DNA of 64,000 nucleotides, from the NCBI GenBank assembly GCA_053919585.1, contig CM132785.1; one strand, given 5' to 3'. Each line of letters starts with the position of its first letter. Position 1 is the stretch's first letter. This document shows positions 12,301 to 27,300 of this stretch, piece by piece. The position numbers and the translations under genes were made by a program. A model generated the notes under the pieces. That model was not told the DNA's origin. It saw only the letters and a program-made list of their open reading frames with translations, and ran no database searches. Source of the DNA: Euprymna scolopes. Taxonomy: Eukaryota.

Positions 12301-15300
12301 AGATCAGTCGATAGTTCTGGATATCTGGCAGATTCTGTTTCCAAAATTGCTTTCTCCAGAGCCTTAATGTCCTTTTGCCTGATAGCCAATGTCAATTGAT
12401 CACGAAGTGTGTCTGGTAATTTCACATCTGCCCAGAAAAAAAAATTCATGCCATCAACAGAATTCAATCGCGAAGCTAACTACCAACATTACATTACAAA
12501 GAGAGTCGTATTAGAAAATAATCAAATTCCAACAAAACAATGCAAATCTAACCTCCAGTGCCACCGTGTAGAATATCTGCTACACTTCTGGCCTTCTGGA
12601 TATCAGCTGCCAGCTCTGGCATTCCGGCTGAAACACATTCGCTGAGCACTTTGTCCAACACGGTTCTGTCTTTTGCTTTCATCGCCTCGTCCAATTTTGC
12701 ACGCAGACTGTCAACACTCTTAGTTCCTGACAAAGCACAATTACCAAGCATAAGTCAACAATAAATACGCCCCCACTATTCTTGAACAATACATAGAAAT
12801 AACACATACTATATCGAATGCAAAGTATTTAGAAGGAAATCTAACCTCCGCGGCCGCCACCCAGACTTTCCAGAGTGTCTCTGGCTTTAACTAGCTCTGA
12901 GCTCAATTCTGGAAGAGCTGCTTCTTCGGCCTCTTCTATCACGCTTTGCAAAGCGCTTATGTCTTTCGATGCGATTGCTTTCTTCAGTTTATCGCGAACA
13001 CTGGTCGGGCTGGCCCATTCCGATTCTGCTAAAATTAACAAGAAACCTCCATTGAAACCAGCTAGAGAATGAGCCAGAAAACGAGGCAATAATAAATCAG
13101 AATCATTATTATTTCCATAAAGCAATCACCTAAGAAAGAAATTTGGCAAAATTCAAACTTTATCACCTAACACTGGTTAAGATAACTGGATGAATTTCTA
13201 GCGATTAATGTTTGTAAATAATGTTAAATCCCGAGTGTGCCCACCTCGTTTTGGAGCCTCTTCCAACTCTTGTAAAGTATGCCTGGCACGCTGTATGGCA
13301 GAGTCGAGTTCAGGCATACCAGCGGACACACATTCAAGTAAAACAGCCTCCAGACTTTCTCTGTCTCCCTCTCTGATCGCTGTCCTTAACTGATCGTCCA
13401 ATATGTCAGCTGATAATTTACCTAATGTACAAAAGTGAACAACACAAATAACATGAAAAGACCCTGCCTGATGAGAAATACGTCAAATACACAACGTGCG
13501 TTAAGAGAAAATTGCAACCAATTTACAACAACTGACCTCCACGACCACCTCCCAAATTCTCTAGAACGTCCCTGGCTTTGCGAAGATCAGTCGATAGTTC
13601 TGGATATCTGGCAGATTCTGTTTCCAAAATTGCTTTCTCCAGAGCCTTAATGTCCTTTTGCCTGATAGCCAATGTCAATTGATCACGAAGTGTGTCTGGT
13701 AATTTCACATCTGCCCAGAAAAAAAAATTCATGCCATCAACAGAATTCAATCGCGAAGCTAACTACCAACATAACATTACAAAGAGAGTCGTATTAGAAA
13801 ATAATCAAATTCCAACAAAACAATGCAAATCTAACCTCCAGTGCCACCGCGTAGAATATCTGCTACACTTCTGGCCTTCTGGATATCAGCTGCCAGCTCT
13901 GGCATTCCGGCTGAAACACATTCGCTGATCACTTTGTCCAACACGGTTCTGTCTTTTGCTTTCATCGCCTCGTCCAATTTTGCACGCAGACTGTCAACAC
14001 TCTTAGTTCCTGACAAAGCACAATTACCAAGCATAAGTCAACAATAAATACGCCCCCACTATTCTTGAACAATACATAGAAATAACACATACTATATCGA
14101 ATGCAAAGTATTTAGAAGGAAATCTAACCTCCGCGGCCGCCACCCAGACTTTCCAGAGTGTCTCTGGCTTTAACTAGCTCTGAGCTCAATTCTGGAAGAG
14201 CTGCTTCTTCGGCCTCTTCTATCACGCTTTGCAAAGCGCTTATGTCTTTCGATGCGATTGCTTTCTTCAGTTTATCGCGAACACTGGTCGGGCTGGCCCA
14301 TTCCGATTCTGCTAAAATTAACAAGAAACCTCCATTGAAACCAGCTAGAGAATGAGCCAGAAAACGAGGCAATAATAAATCAGAATCATTATTATTTCCA
14401 TAAAGCAATCACCTAAGAAAGAAATTTGGCAAAATTCAAACTTTATCACCTAACACTGGTTAAGATAACTGGATGAATTTCTAGCGATTAATGTTTGCAA
14501 ATAATGTTAAATCCCGAGTGTGCCCACCTCGTTTTGGAGCCTCTTCCAAGTCTTGTAAAGTATGCCTGGCACGCTGTATGGCAGAGTCGAGTTCAGGCAT
14601 ACCAGCGGACACACATTCAAGTAAAACAGCCTCCAGACTTTCTCTGTCTCCCTCTCTGATCGCTGTCCTTAACTGATCGTCCAATATGTCAGCTGATAAT
14701 TTACCTAATGTACAAAAGTGAACAACACAAATAACATGAAAAGACCCTGCCTGATGAGAAATACGTCAAATACACAACGTGCGTTAAGAGAAAATTGCAA
14801 CCAATTTACAACAACTGACCTCCACGACCACCTCCCAAATTCTCTAGAACGTCCCTGGCTTTGCGAAGATCAGTCGATAGTTCTGGATATCTGGCAGATT
14901 CTGTTTCCAAAATTGCTTTCTCCAGAGCCTTAATGTCCTTTTGCCTGATAGCCAATGTCAATTGATCACGAAGTGTGTCTGGTAATTTCACATCTGCCCA
15001 GAAAAAAAAATTCATGCCATCAACAGAATTCAATCGCGAAGCTAACTACCAACATTACATTACAAAGAGAGTCGTATTAGAAAATAATCAAATTCCAACA
15101 AAACAATGCAAATCTAACCTCCAGTGCCACCGCGTAGAATATCTGCTACACTTCTGGCCTTCTGGATATCAGCTGCCAGCTCTGGCATTCCGGCTGAAAC
15201 ACATTCGCTGAGCACTTTGTCCAACACGGTTCTGTCTTTTGCTTTCATCGCCTCGTCCAATTTTGCACGCAGACTGTCAACACTCTTAGTTCCTGACAAA

Positions 15301-18300
15301 GCACAATTACCAAGCATAAGTCAACAATAAATACGCCCCCACTATTCTTGAACAATACATAGAAATAACACATACTATATCGAATGCAAAGTATTTAGAA
15401 GGAAATCTAACCTCCGCGGCCGCCACCCAGACTTTCCAGAGTGTCTCTGGCTTTAACTAGCTCTGAGCTCAATTCTGGAAGAGCTGCTTCTTCGGCCTCT
15501 TCTATCACGCTTTGCAAAGCGCTTATGTCTTTCGATGCGATTGCTTTCTTCAGTTTATCGCGAACACTGGTCGGGCTGGCCCATTCCGATTCTGCTAAAA
15601 TTAACAAGAAACCTCCATTGAAACCAGCTAGAGAATGAGCCAGAAAACGAGGCAATAATAAATCAGAATCATTATTATTTCCATAAAGCAATCACCTAAG
15701 AAAGAAATTTGGCAAAATTCAAACTTTATCACCTAACACTGGTTAAGATAACTGGATGAATTTCTAGCGATTAATGTTTGTAAATAATGTTAAATCCCGA
15801 GTGTGCCCACCTCGTTTTGGAGCCTCTTCCAAGTCTTGTAAAGTATGCCTGGCACGCTGTATGGCAGAGTCGAGTTCAGGCATACCAGCGGACACACATT
15901 CAAGTAAAACAGCCTCCAGACTTTCTCTGTCTCCCTCTCTGATCGCTGTCCTTAACTGATCGTCCAATATGTCAGCTGATAATTTACCTAATGTACAAAA
16001 GTGAACAACACAAATAACATGAAAAGACCCTGCCTGATGAGAAATACGTCAAATACACAACGTGCGTTAAGAGAAAATTGCAACCAATTTACAACAACTG
16101 ACCTCCACGACCACCTCCCAAATTCTCTAGAACGTCCCTGGCTTTGCGAAGATCAGTCGATAGTTCTGGATATCTGGCAGATTCTGTTTCCAAAATTGCT
16201 TTCTCCAGAGCCTTAATGTCCTTTTGCCTGATAGCCAATGTCAATTGATCACGAAGTGTGTCTGGTAATTTCACATCTGCCCAGAAAAAAAAATTCATGC
16301 CATCAACAGAATTCAATCGCGAAGCTAACTACCAACATTACATTACAAAGAGAGTCGTATTAGAAAATAATCAAATTCCAACAAAACAATGCAAATCTAA
16401 CCTCCAGTGCCACCGCGTAGAATATCTGCTACACTTCTGGCCTTCTGGATATCAGCTGCCAGCTCTGGCATTCCGGCTGAAACACATTCGCTGAGCACTT
16501 TGTCCAACACGCTTCTGTCTTTTGCTTTCATCGCCTCGTCCAATTTTGCACGCAGACTGTCAACACTCTTAGTTCCTGACAAAGCACAATTACCAAGCAT
16601 AAGTCAACAATAAATACGCCCCCACTATTCTTGAACAATACATAGAAATAACACATACTATATCGAATGCAAAGTATTTAGAAGGAAATCTAACCTCCGC
16701 GGCCGCCACCCAGACTTTCCAGAGTGTCTCTGGCTTTAACTAGCTCTGAGCTCAATTCTGGAAGAGCTGCTTCTTCGGCCTCTTCTATCACGCTTTGCAA
16801 AGCGCTTATGTCTTTCGATGCGATTGCTTTCTTCAGTTTATCGCGAACACTGGTCGGGCTGGCCCATTCCGATTCTGCTAAAATTAACAAGAAACCTCCA
16901 TTGAAACCAGCTAGAGAATGAGCCAGAAAACGAGGCAATAATAAATCAGAATCATTATTATTTCCATAAAGCAATCACCTAAGAAAGAAATTTGGCAAAA
17001 TTCAAACTTTATCACCTAACACTGGTTAAGATAACTGGATGAATTTCTAGCGATTAATGTTTGTAAATAATGTTAAATCCCGAGTGTGCCCACCTCGTTT
17101 TGGAGCCTCTTCCAAGTCTTGTAAAGTATGCCTGGCACGCTGTATGGCAGAGTCGAGTTCAGGCATACCAGCGGACACACATTCAAGTAAAACAGCCTCC
17201 AGACTTTCTCTGTCTCCCTCTCTGATCGCTGTCCTTAACTGATCGTCCAATATGTCAGCTGATAATTTACCTAATGTACAAAAGTGAACAACACAAATAA
17301 CATGAAAAGACCCTGCCTGATGAGAAATACGTCAAATACACAACGTGCGTTAAGAGAAAATTGCAACCAATTTACAACAACTGACCTCCACGACCACCTC
17401 CCAAATTCTCTAGAACGTCCCTGGCTTTGCGAAGATCAGTCGATAGTTCTGGATATCTGGCAGATTCTGTTTCCAAAATTGCTTTCTCCAGAGCCTTAAT
17501 GTCCTTTTGCCTGATAGCCAATGTCAATTGATCACGAAGTGTGTCTGGTAATTTCACATCTGCCCAGAAAAAAAAATTCATGCCATCAACAGAATTCAAT
17601 CGCGAAGCTAACTACCAACATAACATTACAAAGAGAGTCGTATTAGAAAATAATCAAATTCCAACAAAACAATGCAAATCTAACCTCCAGTGCCACCGCG
17701 TAGAATATCTGCTACACTTCTGGCCTTCTGGATATCAGCTGCCAGCTCTGGCATTCCGGCTGAAACACATTCGCTGATCACTTTGTCCAACACGGTTCTG
17801 TCTTTTGCTTTCATCGCCTCGTCCAATTTTGCACGCAGACTGTCAACACTCTTAGTTCCTGACAAAGCACAATTACCAAGCATAAGTCAACAATAAATAC
17901 GCCCCCACTATTCTTGAACAATACATAGAAATAACACATACTATATCGAATGCAAAGTATTTAGAAGGAAATCTAACCTCCGCGGCCGCCACCCAGACTT
18001 TCCAGAGTGTCTCTGGCTTTAACTAGCTCTGAGCTCAATTCTGGAAGAGCTGCTTCTTCGGCCTCTTCTATCACGCTTTGCAAAGCGCTTATGTCTTTCG
18101 ATGCGATTGCTTTCTTCAGTTTATCGCGAACACTGGTCGGGCTGGCCCATTCCGATTCTGCTAAAATTAACAAGAAACCTCCATTGAAACCAGCTAGAGA
18201 ATGAGCCAGAAAACGAGGCAATAATAAATCAGAATCATTATTATTTCCATAAAGCAATCACCTAAGAAAGAAATTTGGCAAAATTCAAACTTTATCACCT

Positions 18301-21300
18301 AACACTGGTTAAGATAACTGGATGAATTTCTAGCGATTAATGTTTGCAAATAATGTTAAATCCCGAGTGTGCCCACCTCGTTTTGGAGCCTCTTCCAAGT
18401 CTTGTAAAGTATGCCTGGCACGCTGTATGGCAGAGTCGAGTTCAGGCATACCAGCTGACACACATTCAAGTAAAACAGCCTCCAGACTTTCTCTGTCTCC
18501 CTCTCTGATCGCTGTCCTTAACTGATCGTCCAATATGTCAGCTGATAATTTACCTAATGTACAAAAGTGAACAACACAAATAACATGAAAAGACCCTGCC
18601 TGATGAGAAATACGTCAAATACACAACGTGCGTTAAGAGAAAATTGCAACCAATTTACAACAACTGACCTCCACGACCACCTCCCAAATTCTCTAGAACG
18701 TCCCTGGCTTTGCGAAGATCAGTCGATAGTTCTGGATATCTGGCAGATTCTGTTTCCAAAATTGCTTTCTCCAGAGCCTTAATGTCCTTTTGCCTGATAG
18801 CCAATGTCAATTGATCACGAAGTGTGTCTGGTAATTTCACATCTGCCCAGAAAAAAAAATTCATGCCATCAACAGAATTCAATCGCGAAGCTAACTACCA
18901 ACATTACATTACAAAGAGAGTCGTATTAGAAAATAATCAAATTCCAACAAAACAATGCAAATCTAACCTCCAGTGCCACCGCGTAGAATATCTGCTACAC
19001 TTCTGGCCTTCTGGATATCAGCTGCCAGCTCTGGCATTCCGGCTGAAACACATTCGCTGAGCACTTTGTCCAACACGCTTCTGTCTTTTGCTTTCATCGC
19101 CTCGTCCAATTTTGCACGCAGACTGTCAACACTCTTAGTTCCTGACAAAGCACAATTACCAAGCATAAGTCAACAATAAATACGCCCCCACTATTCTTGA
19201 ACAATACATAGAAATAACACATACTATATCGAATGCAAAGTATTTAGAAGGAAATCTAACCTCCGCGGCCGCCACCCAGACTTTCCAGAGTGTCTCTGGC
19301 TTTAACTAGCTCTGAGCTCAATTCTGGAAGAGCTGCTTCTTCGGCCTCTTCTATCACGCTTTGCAAAGCGCTTATGTCTTTCGATGCGATTGCTTTCTTC
19401 AGTTTATCGCGAACACTGGTCGGGCTGGCCCATTCCGATTCTGCTAAAATTAACAAGAAACCTCCATTGAAACCAGCTAGAGAATGAGCCAGAAAACGAG
19501 GCAATAATAAATCAGAATCATTATTATTTCCATAAAGCAATCACCTAAGAAAGAAATTTGGCAAAATTCAAACTTTATCACCTAACACTGGTTAAGATAA
19601 CTGGATGAATTTTTAGCGATTAATGTTTGTAAATAATGTTAAATCCCGAGTGTGCCCACCTCGTTTTGGAGCCTCTTCCAAGTCTTGTAAAGTATGCCTG
19701 GCACGCTGTATGGCAGAGTCGAGTTCAGGCATACCAGCGGACACACATTCAAGTAAAACAGCCTCCAGACTTTCTCTGTCTCCCTCTCTGATCGCTGTCC
19801 TTAACTGATCGTCCAATATGTCAGCTGATAATTTACCTAATGTACAAAAGTGAACAACACAAATAACATGAAAAGACCCTGCCTGATGAGAAATACGTCA
19901 AATACACAACGTGCGTTAAGAGAAAATTGCAACCAATTTACAACAACTGACCTCCACGACCACCTCCCAAATTCTCTAGAACGTCCCTGGCTTTGCGAAG
20001 ATCAGTCGATAGTTCTGGATATCTGGCAGATTCTGTTTCCAAAATTGCTTTCTCCAGAGCCTTAATGTCCTTTTGCCTGATAGCCAATGTCAATTGATCA
20101 CGAAGTGTGTCTGGTAATTTCACATCTGCCCAGAAAAAAAAATTCATGCCATCAACAGAATTCAATCGCGAAGCTAACTACCAACATAACATTACAAAGA
20201 GAGTCGTATTAGAAAATAATCAAATTCCAACAAAACAATGCAAATCTAACCTCCAGTGCCACCGCGTAGAATATCTGCTACACTTCTGGCCTTCTGGATA
20301 TCAGCTGCCAGCTCTGGCATTCCGGCTGAAACACATTCGCTGATCACTTTGTCCAACACGGTTCTGTCTTTTGCTTTCATCGCCTCGTCCAATTTTGCAC
20401 GCAGACTGTCAACACTCTTAGTTCCTGACAAAGCACAATTACCAAGCATAAGTCAACAATAAATTCGCCCCCACTATTCTTGAACAATACATAGAAATAA
20501 CACATACTATATCGAATGCAAAGTATTTAGTAGGAAATCTAACCTCCGCGGCCGCCACCCAGACTTTCCAGAGTGTCTCTGGCTTTAACTAGCTCTGAGC
20601 TCAATTCTGGAAGAGCTGCTTCTTCGGCCTCTTCTATCACGCTTTGCAAAGCGCTTATGTCTTTCGATGCGATTGCTTTCTTCAGTTTATCGCGAACACT
20701 GGTCGGGCTGGCCCATTCCGATTCTGCTAAAATTAACAAGAAACCTCCATTGAAACCAGCTAGAGAATGAGCCAGAAAACGAGGCAATAATAAATCAGAA
20801 TCATTATTATTTCCATAAAGCAATCACCTAAGAAAGAAATTTGGCAAAATTCAAACTTTATCACCTAACACTGGTTAAGATAACTGGATGAATTTTTAGC
20901 GATAAATGTTTGTAAATAATGTTAAATCCCGAGTGTGCCCACCTCGTTTTGGAGCCTCTTCCAAGTCTTGTAAAGTATGCCTGGCACGCTGTATGGCAGA
21001 GTCGAGTTCAGGCATACCAGCGGACACACATTCAAGTAAAACAGCCTCCAGACTTTCTCTGTCTCCCTCTCTGATCGCTGTCCTTAACTGATCGTCCAAT
21101 ATGTCAGCTGATAATTTACCTAATGTACAAAAGTGAACAACACAAATAACATGAAAAGACCCTGCCTGATGAGAAATACGTCAAATACACAACGTGCGTT
21201 AAGAGAAAATTGCAACCAATTTACAACAACTGACCTCCACGACCACCTCCCAAATTCTCTAGAACGTCCCTGGCTTTGCGAAGATCAGTCGATAGTTCTG

Positions 21301-24300
21301 GATATCTGGCAGATTCTGTTTCCAAAATTGCTTTCTCCAGAGCCTTAATGTCCTTTTGCCTGATAGCCAATGTCAATTGATCACGAAGTGTGTCTGGTAA
21401 TTTCACATCTGCCCAGAAAAAAAAATTCATGCCATCAACAGAATTCAATCGCGAAGCTAACTACCAACATAACATTACAAAGAGAGTCGTATTAGAAAAT
21501 AATCAAATTCCAACAAAACAATGCAAATCTAACCTCCAGTGCCACCGCGTAGAATATCTGCTACACTTCTGGCCTTCTGGATATCAGCTGCCAGCTCTGG
21601 CATTCCGGCTGAAACACATTCGCTGATCACTTTGTCCAACACGGTTCTGTCTTTTGCTTTCATCGCCTCGTCCAATTTTGCACGCAGACTGTCAACACTC
21701 TTAGTTCCTGACAAAGCACAATTACCAAGCATAAGTCAACAATAAATACGCCCCCACTATTCTTGAACAATACATAGAAATAACACATACTATATCGAAT
21801 GCAAAGTATTTAGTAGGAAATCTAACCTCCGCGGCCGCCACCCAGACTTTCCAGAGTGTCTCTGGCTTTAACTAGCTCTGAGCTCAATTCTGGAAGAGCT
21901 GCTTCTTCGGCCTCTTCTATCACGCTTTGCAAAGCGCTTATGTCTTTCGATGCGATTGCTTTCTTCAGTTTATCGCGAACACTGGTCGGGCTGGCCCATT
22001 CCGATTCTGCTAAAATTAACAAGAAACCTCCATTGAAACCAGCTAGAGAATGAGCCAGAAAACGAGGCAATAATAAATCAGAATCATTATTATTTCCATA
22101 AAGCAATCACCTAAGAAAGAAATTTGGCAAAATTCAAACTTTATCACCTAACACTGGTTAAGATAACTGGATGAATTTCTAGCGATTAATGTTTGTAAAT
22201 AATGTTAAATCCCGAGTGTGCCCACCTCGTTTTGGAGCCTCTTCCAACTCTTGTAAAGTATGCCTGGCACGCTGTATGGCAGAGTCGAGTTCAGGCATAC
22301 CAGCGGACACACATTCAAGTAAAACAGCCTCCAGACTTTCTCTGTCTCCCTCTCTGATCGCTGTCCTTAACTGATCGTCCAATATGTCAGCTGATAATTT
22401 ACCTAATGTACAAAAGTGAACAACACAAATAACATGAAAAGACCCTGCCTGATGAGAAATACGTCAAATACACAACGTGCGTTAAGAGAAAATTGCAACC
22501 AATTTACAACAACTGACCTCCACGACCACCTCCCAAATTCTCTAGAACGTCCCTGGCTTTGCGAAGATCAGTCGATAGTTCTGGATATCTGGCAGATTCT
22601 GTTTCCAAAATTGCTTTCTCCAGAGCCTTAATGTCCTTTTGCCTGATAGCCAATGTCAATTGATCACGAAGTGTGTCTGGTAATTTCACATCTGCCCAGA
22701 AAAAAAAATTCATGCCATCAACAGAATTCAATCGCGAAGCTAACTACCAACATAACATTACAAAGAGAGTCGTATTAGAAAATAATCAAATTCCAACAAA
22801 ACAATGCAAATCTAACCTCCAGTGCCACCGCGTAGAATATCTGCTACACTTATGGCCTTCTGGATATCAGCTGCCAGCTCTGGCATTCCGGCTGAAACAC
22901 ATTCGCTGATCACTTTGTCCAACACGGTTCTGTCTTTTGCTTTCATCGCCTCGTCCAATTTTGCACGCAGACTGTCAACACTCTTAGTTCCTGACAAAGC
23001 ACAATTACCAAGCATAAGTCAACAATAAATACGCCCCCACTATTCTTGAACAATACATAGAAATAACACATACTATATCGAATGCAAAGTATTTAGTAGG
23101 AAATCTAACCTCCGCGGCCGCCACCCAGACTTTCCAGAGTGTCTCTGGCTTTAACTAGCTCTGAGCTCAATTCTGGAAGAGCTGCTTCTTCGGCCTCTTC
23201 TATCACGCTTTGCAAAGCGCTTATGTCTTTCGATGCGATTGCTTTCTTCAGTTTATCGCGAACACTGGTCGGGCTGGCCCATTCTGATTCTGCTAAAATT
23301 AACAAGAAACCTCCATTGAAACCAGCTAGAGAATGAGCCAGAAAACGAGGCAATAATAAATCAGAATCATTATTATTTCCATAAAGCAATCACCTAAGAA
23401 AGAAATTTGGCAAAATTCAAACTTTATCACCTAACACTGGTTAAGATAACTGGATGAATTTCTAGCGATTAATGTTTGTAAATAATGTTAAATCCCGAGT
23501 GTGCCCACCTCGTTTTGGAGCCTCTTCCAACTCTTGTAAAGTATGCCTGGCACGCTGTATGGCAGAGTCGAGTTCAGGCATACCAGCGGACACACATTCA
23601 AGTAAAACAGCCTCCAGACTTTCTCTGTCTCCCTCTCTGATCGCTGTCCTTAACTGATCGTCCAATATGTCAGCTGATAATTTACCTAATGTACAAAAGT
23701 GAACAACACAAATAACATGAAAAGACTCTGCCTGATGAGAAATACGTCAAATACACAACGTGCGTTAAGAGAAAATTGCAACCAATTTACAACAACTGAC
23801 CTCCACGACCACCTCCCAAATTCTCTAGAACGTCCCTGGCTTTGCGAAGATCAGTCGATAGTTCTGGATATCTGGCAGATTCTGTTTCCAAAATTGCTTT
23901 CTCCAGAGCCTTAATGTCCTTTTGCCTGATAGCCAATGTCAATTGATCACGAAGTGTGTCTGGTAATTTCACATCTGCCCAGAAAAAAAAATTCATGCCA
24001 TCAACAGAATTCAATCGCGAAGCTAACTACCAACATAACATTACAAAGAGAGTCGTATTAGAAAATAATCAAATTCCAACAAAACAATGCAAATCTAACC
24101 TCCAGTGCCACCGCGTAGAATATCTGCTACACTTCTGGCCTTCTGGATATCAGCTGCCAGCTCTGGCATTCCGGCTGAAACACATTCGCTGATCACTTTG
24201 TCCAACACGGTTCTGTCTTTTGCTTTCATCGCCTCGTCCAATTTTGCACGCAGACTGTCAACACTCTTAGTTCCTGACAAAGCACAATTACCAAGCATAA

Positions 24301-27300
24301 GTCAACAATAAATACGCCCCCACTATTCTTGAGCAATACATAGAAATAACACATACTATATCGAATGCAAAGTATTTAGAAGGAAATCTAACCTCCGCGG
24401 CCGCCACCCAGACTTTCCAGAGTGTCTCTGGCTTTAACTAGCTCTGAGCTCAATTCTGGAAGAGCTGCTTCTTCGGCCTCTTCTATCACGCTTTGCAAAG
24501 CGCTTATGTCTTTCGATGCGATTGCTTTCTTCAGTTTATCGCGAACACTGGTCGGGCTGGCCCATTCCGATTCTGCTAAAATTAACAAGAAACCTCCATT
24601 GAAACCAGCTAGAGAATGAGCCAGAAAACGAGGCAATAATAAATCAGAATCATTATTATTTCCATAAAGCAATCACCTAAGAAAGAAATTTGGCAAAATT
24701 CAAACTTTATCACCTAACACTGGTTAAGATAACTGGATGAATTTCTAGCGATTAATGTTTGTAAATAATGTTAAATCCCGAGTGTGCCCACCTCGTTTTG
24801 GAGCCTCTTCCAAGTCTTGTAAAGTATGCCTGGCACGCTGTATGGCAGAGTCGAGTTCAGGCATACCAGCGGACACACATTCAAGTAAAACAGCCTCCAG
24901 ACTTTCTCTGTCTCCCTCTCTGATCGCTGTCCTTAACTGATCGTCCAATATGTCAGCTGATAATTTACCTAATGTACAAAAGTGAACAACACAAATAACA
25001 TGAAAAGACCCTGCCTGATGAGAAATACGTCAAATACACAACGTGCGTTAAGAGAAAATTGCAACCAATTTACAACAACTGACCTCCACGACCACCTCCC
25101 AAATTCTCTAGAACGTCCCTGGCTTTGCGAAGATCAGTCGATAGTTCTGGATATCTGGCAGATTCTGTTTCCAAAATTGCTTTCTCCAGAGCCTTAATGT
25201 CCTTTTGCCTGATAGCCAATGTCAATTGATCACGAAGTGTGTCTGGTAATTTCACATCTGCCCAGAAAAAAAAATTCATGCCATCAACAGAATTCAATCG
25301 CGAAGCTAACTACCAACATAACATTACAAAGAGAGTCGTATTAGAAAATAATCAAATTCCAACAAAACAATGCAAATCTAACCTCCAGTGCCACCGCGTA
25401 GAATATCTGCTACACTTCTGGCCTTCTGGATATCAGCTCCCAGCTCTGGCATTCCGGCTGAAACACATTCGCTGATCACTTTGTCCAACACGGTTCTGTC
25501 TTTTGCTTTCATCGCCTCGTCCAATTTTGCACGCAGACTGTCAACACTCTTAGTTCCTGACAAAGCACAATTACCAAGCATAAGTCAACAATAAATACGC
25601 CCCCACTATTCTTGAACAATACATAGAAATAACACATACTATATCGAATGCAAAGTATTTAGAAGGAAATCTAACCTCCGCGGCCGCCACCCAGACTTTC
25701 CAGAGTGTCTCTGGCTTTAACTAGCTCTGAGCTCAATTCTGGAAGAGCTGCTTCTTCGGCCTCTTCTATCACGCTTTGCAAAGCGCTTATGTCTTTCGAT
25801 GCGATTGCTTTCTTCAGTTTATCGCGAACACTGGTCGGGCTGGCCCATTCCGATTCTGCTAAAATTAACAAGAAACCTCCATTGAAACCAGCTAGAGAAT
25901 GAGCCAGAAAACGAGGCAATAATAAATCAGAATCATTATTATTTCCATAAAGCAATCACCTAAGAAAGAAATTTGGAAAAATTCAAACTTTATCACCTTA
26001 CACTGGTTAAGATAACTGGATGAATTTTTAGCGATTAATGTTTGTAAATAATGTTAAATCCCGAGTGTGCCCACCTCGTTTTGGAGCCTCTTCCAACTCT
26101 TGTAAAGTATGCCTGGCACGCTGTATGGCAGAGTCGAGTTCAGGCATACCAGCGGACACACATTCAAGAAAAACAGCCTCCAGACTTTCTCTGTCTCCCT
26201 CTCTGATCGCTGTCCTTAACTGATCGTCCAATATGTCAGCTGATAATTTACCTAATGTACAAAAGTGAACAACACAAATAACATGAAAAGACCCTGCCTG
26301 ATGAGAAATACGTCAAATACACAACGTGCGTTAAGAGAAAATTGCAACCAATTTACAACAACTGACCTCCACGACCACCTCCCAAATTCTCTAGAACGTC
26401 CCTGGCTTTGCGAAGATCAGTCGATAGTTCTGGATATCTGGCAGATTCTGTTTCCAAAATTGCTTTCTCCAGAGCCTTAATGTCCTTTTGCCTGATAGCC
26501 AATGTCAATTGATCACGAAGTGTGTCTGGTAATTTCACATCTGCCCAGAAAAAAAAATTCATGCCATCAACAGAATTCAATCGCGAAGCTAACTACCAAC
26601 ATTACATTACAAAGAGAGTCGTATTAGAAAATAATCAAATTCCAACAAAACAATGCAAATCTAACCTCCAGTGCCACCGCGTAGAATATCTGCTACACTT
26701 CTGGCCTTCTGGATATCAGCTGCCAGCTCTGGCATTCCGGCTGAAACACATTCGCTGAGCACTTTGTCCAACACGGTTCTGTCTTTTGCTTTCATCGCCT
26801 CGTCCAATTTTGCACGCAGACTGTCAACACTCTTAGTTCCTGACAAAGCACAATTACCAAGCATAAGTCAACAATAAATACGCCCCCACTATTCTTGAAC
26901 AATACATAGAAATAACACATACTATATCGAATGCAAAGTATTTAGAAGGAAATCTAACCTCCGCGGCCGCCACCCAGACTTTCCAGAGTGTCTCTGGCTT
27001 TAACTAGCTCTGAGCTCAATTCTGGAAGAGCTGCTTCTTCGGCCTCTTCTATCACGCTTTGCAAAGCGCTTATGTCTTTCGATGCGATTGCTTTCTTCAG
27101 TTTATCGCGAACACTGGTCGGGCTGGCCCATTCCGATTCTGCTAAAATTAACAAGAAACCTCCATTGAAACCAGCTAGAGAATGAGCCAGAAAACGAGGC
27201 AATAATAAATCAGAATCATTATTATTTCCATAAAGCAATCACCTAAGAAAGAAATTTGGAAAAATTCAAACTTTATCACCTAACACTGGTTAAGATAACT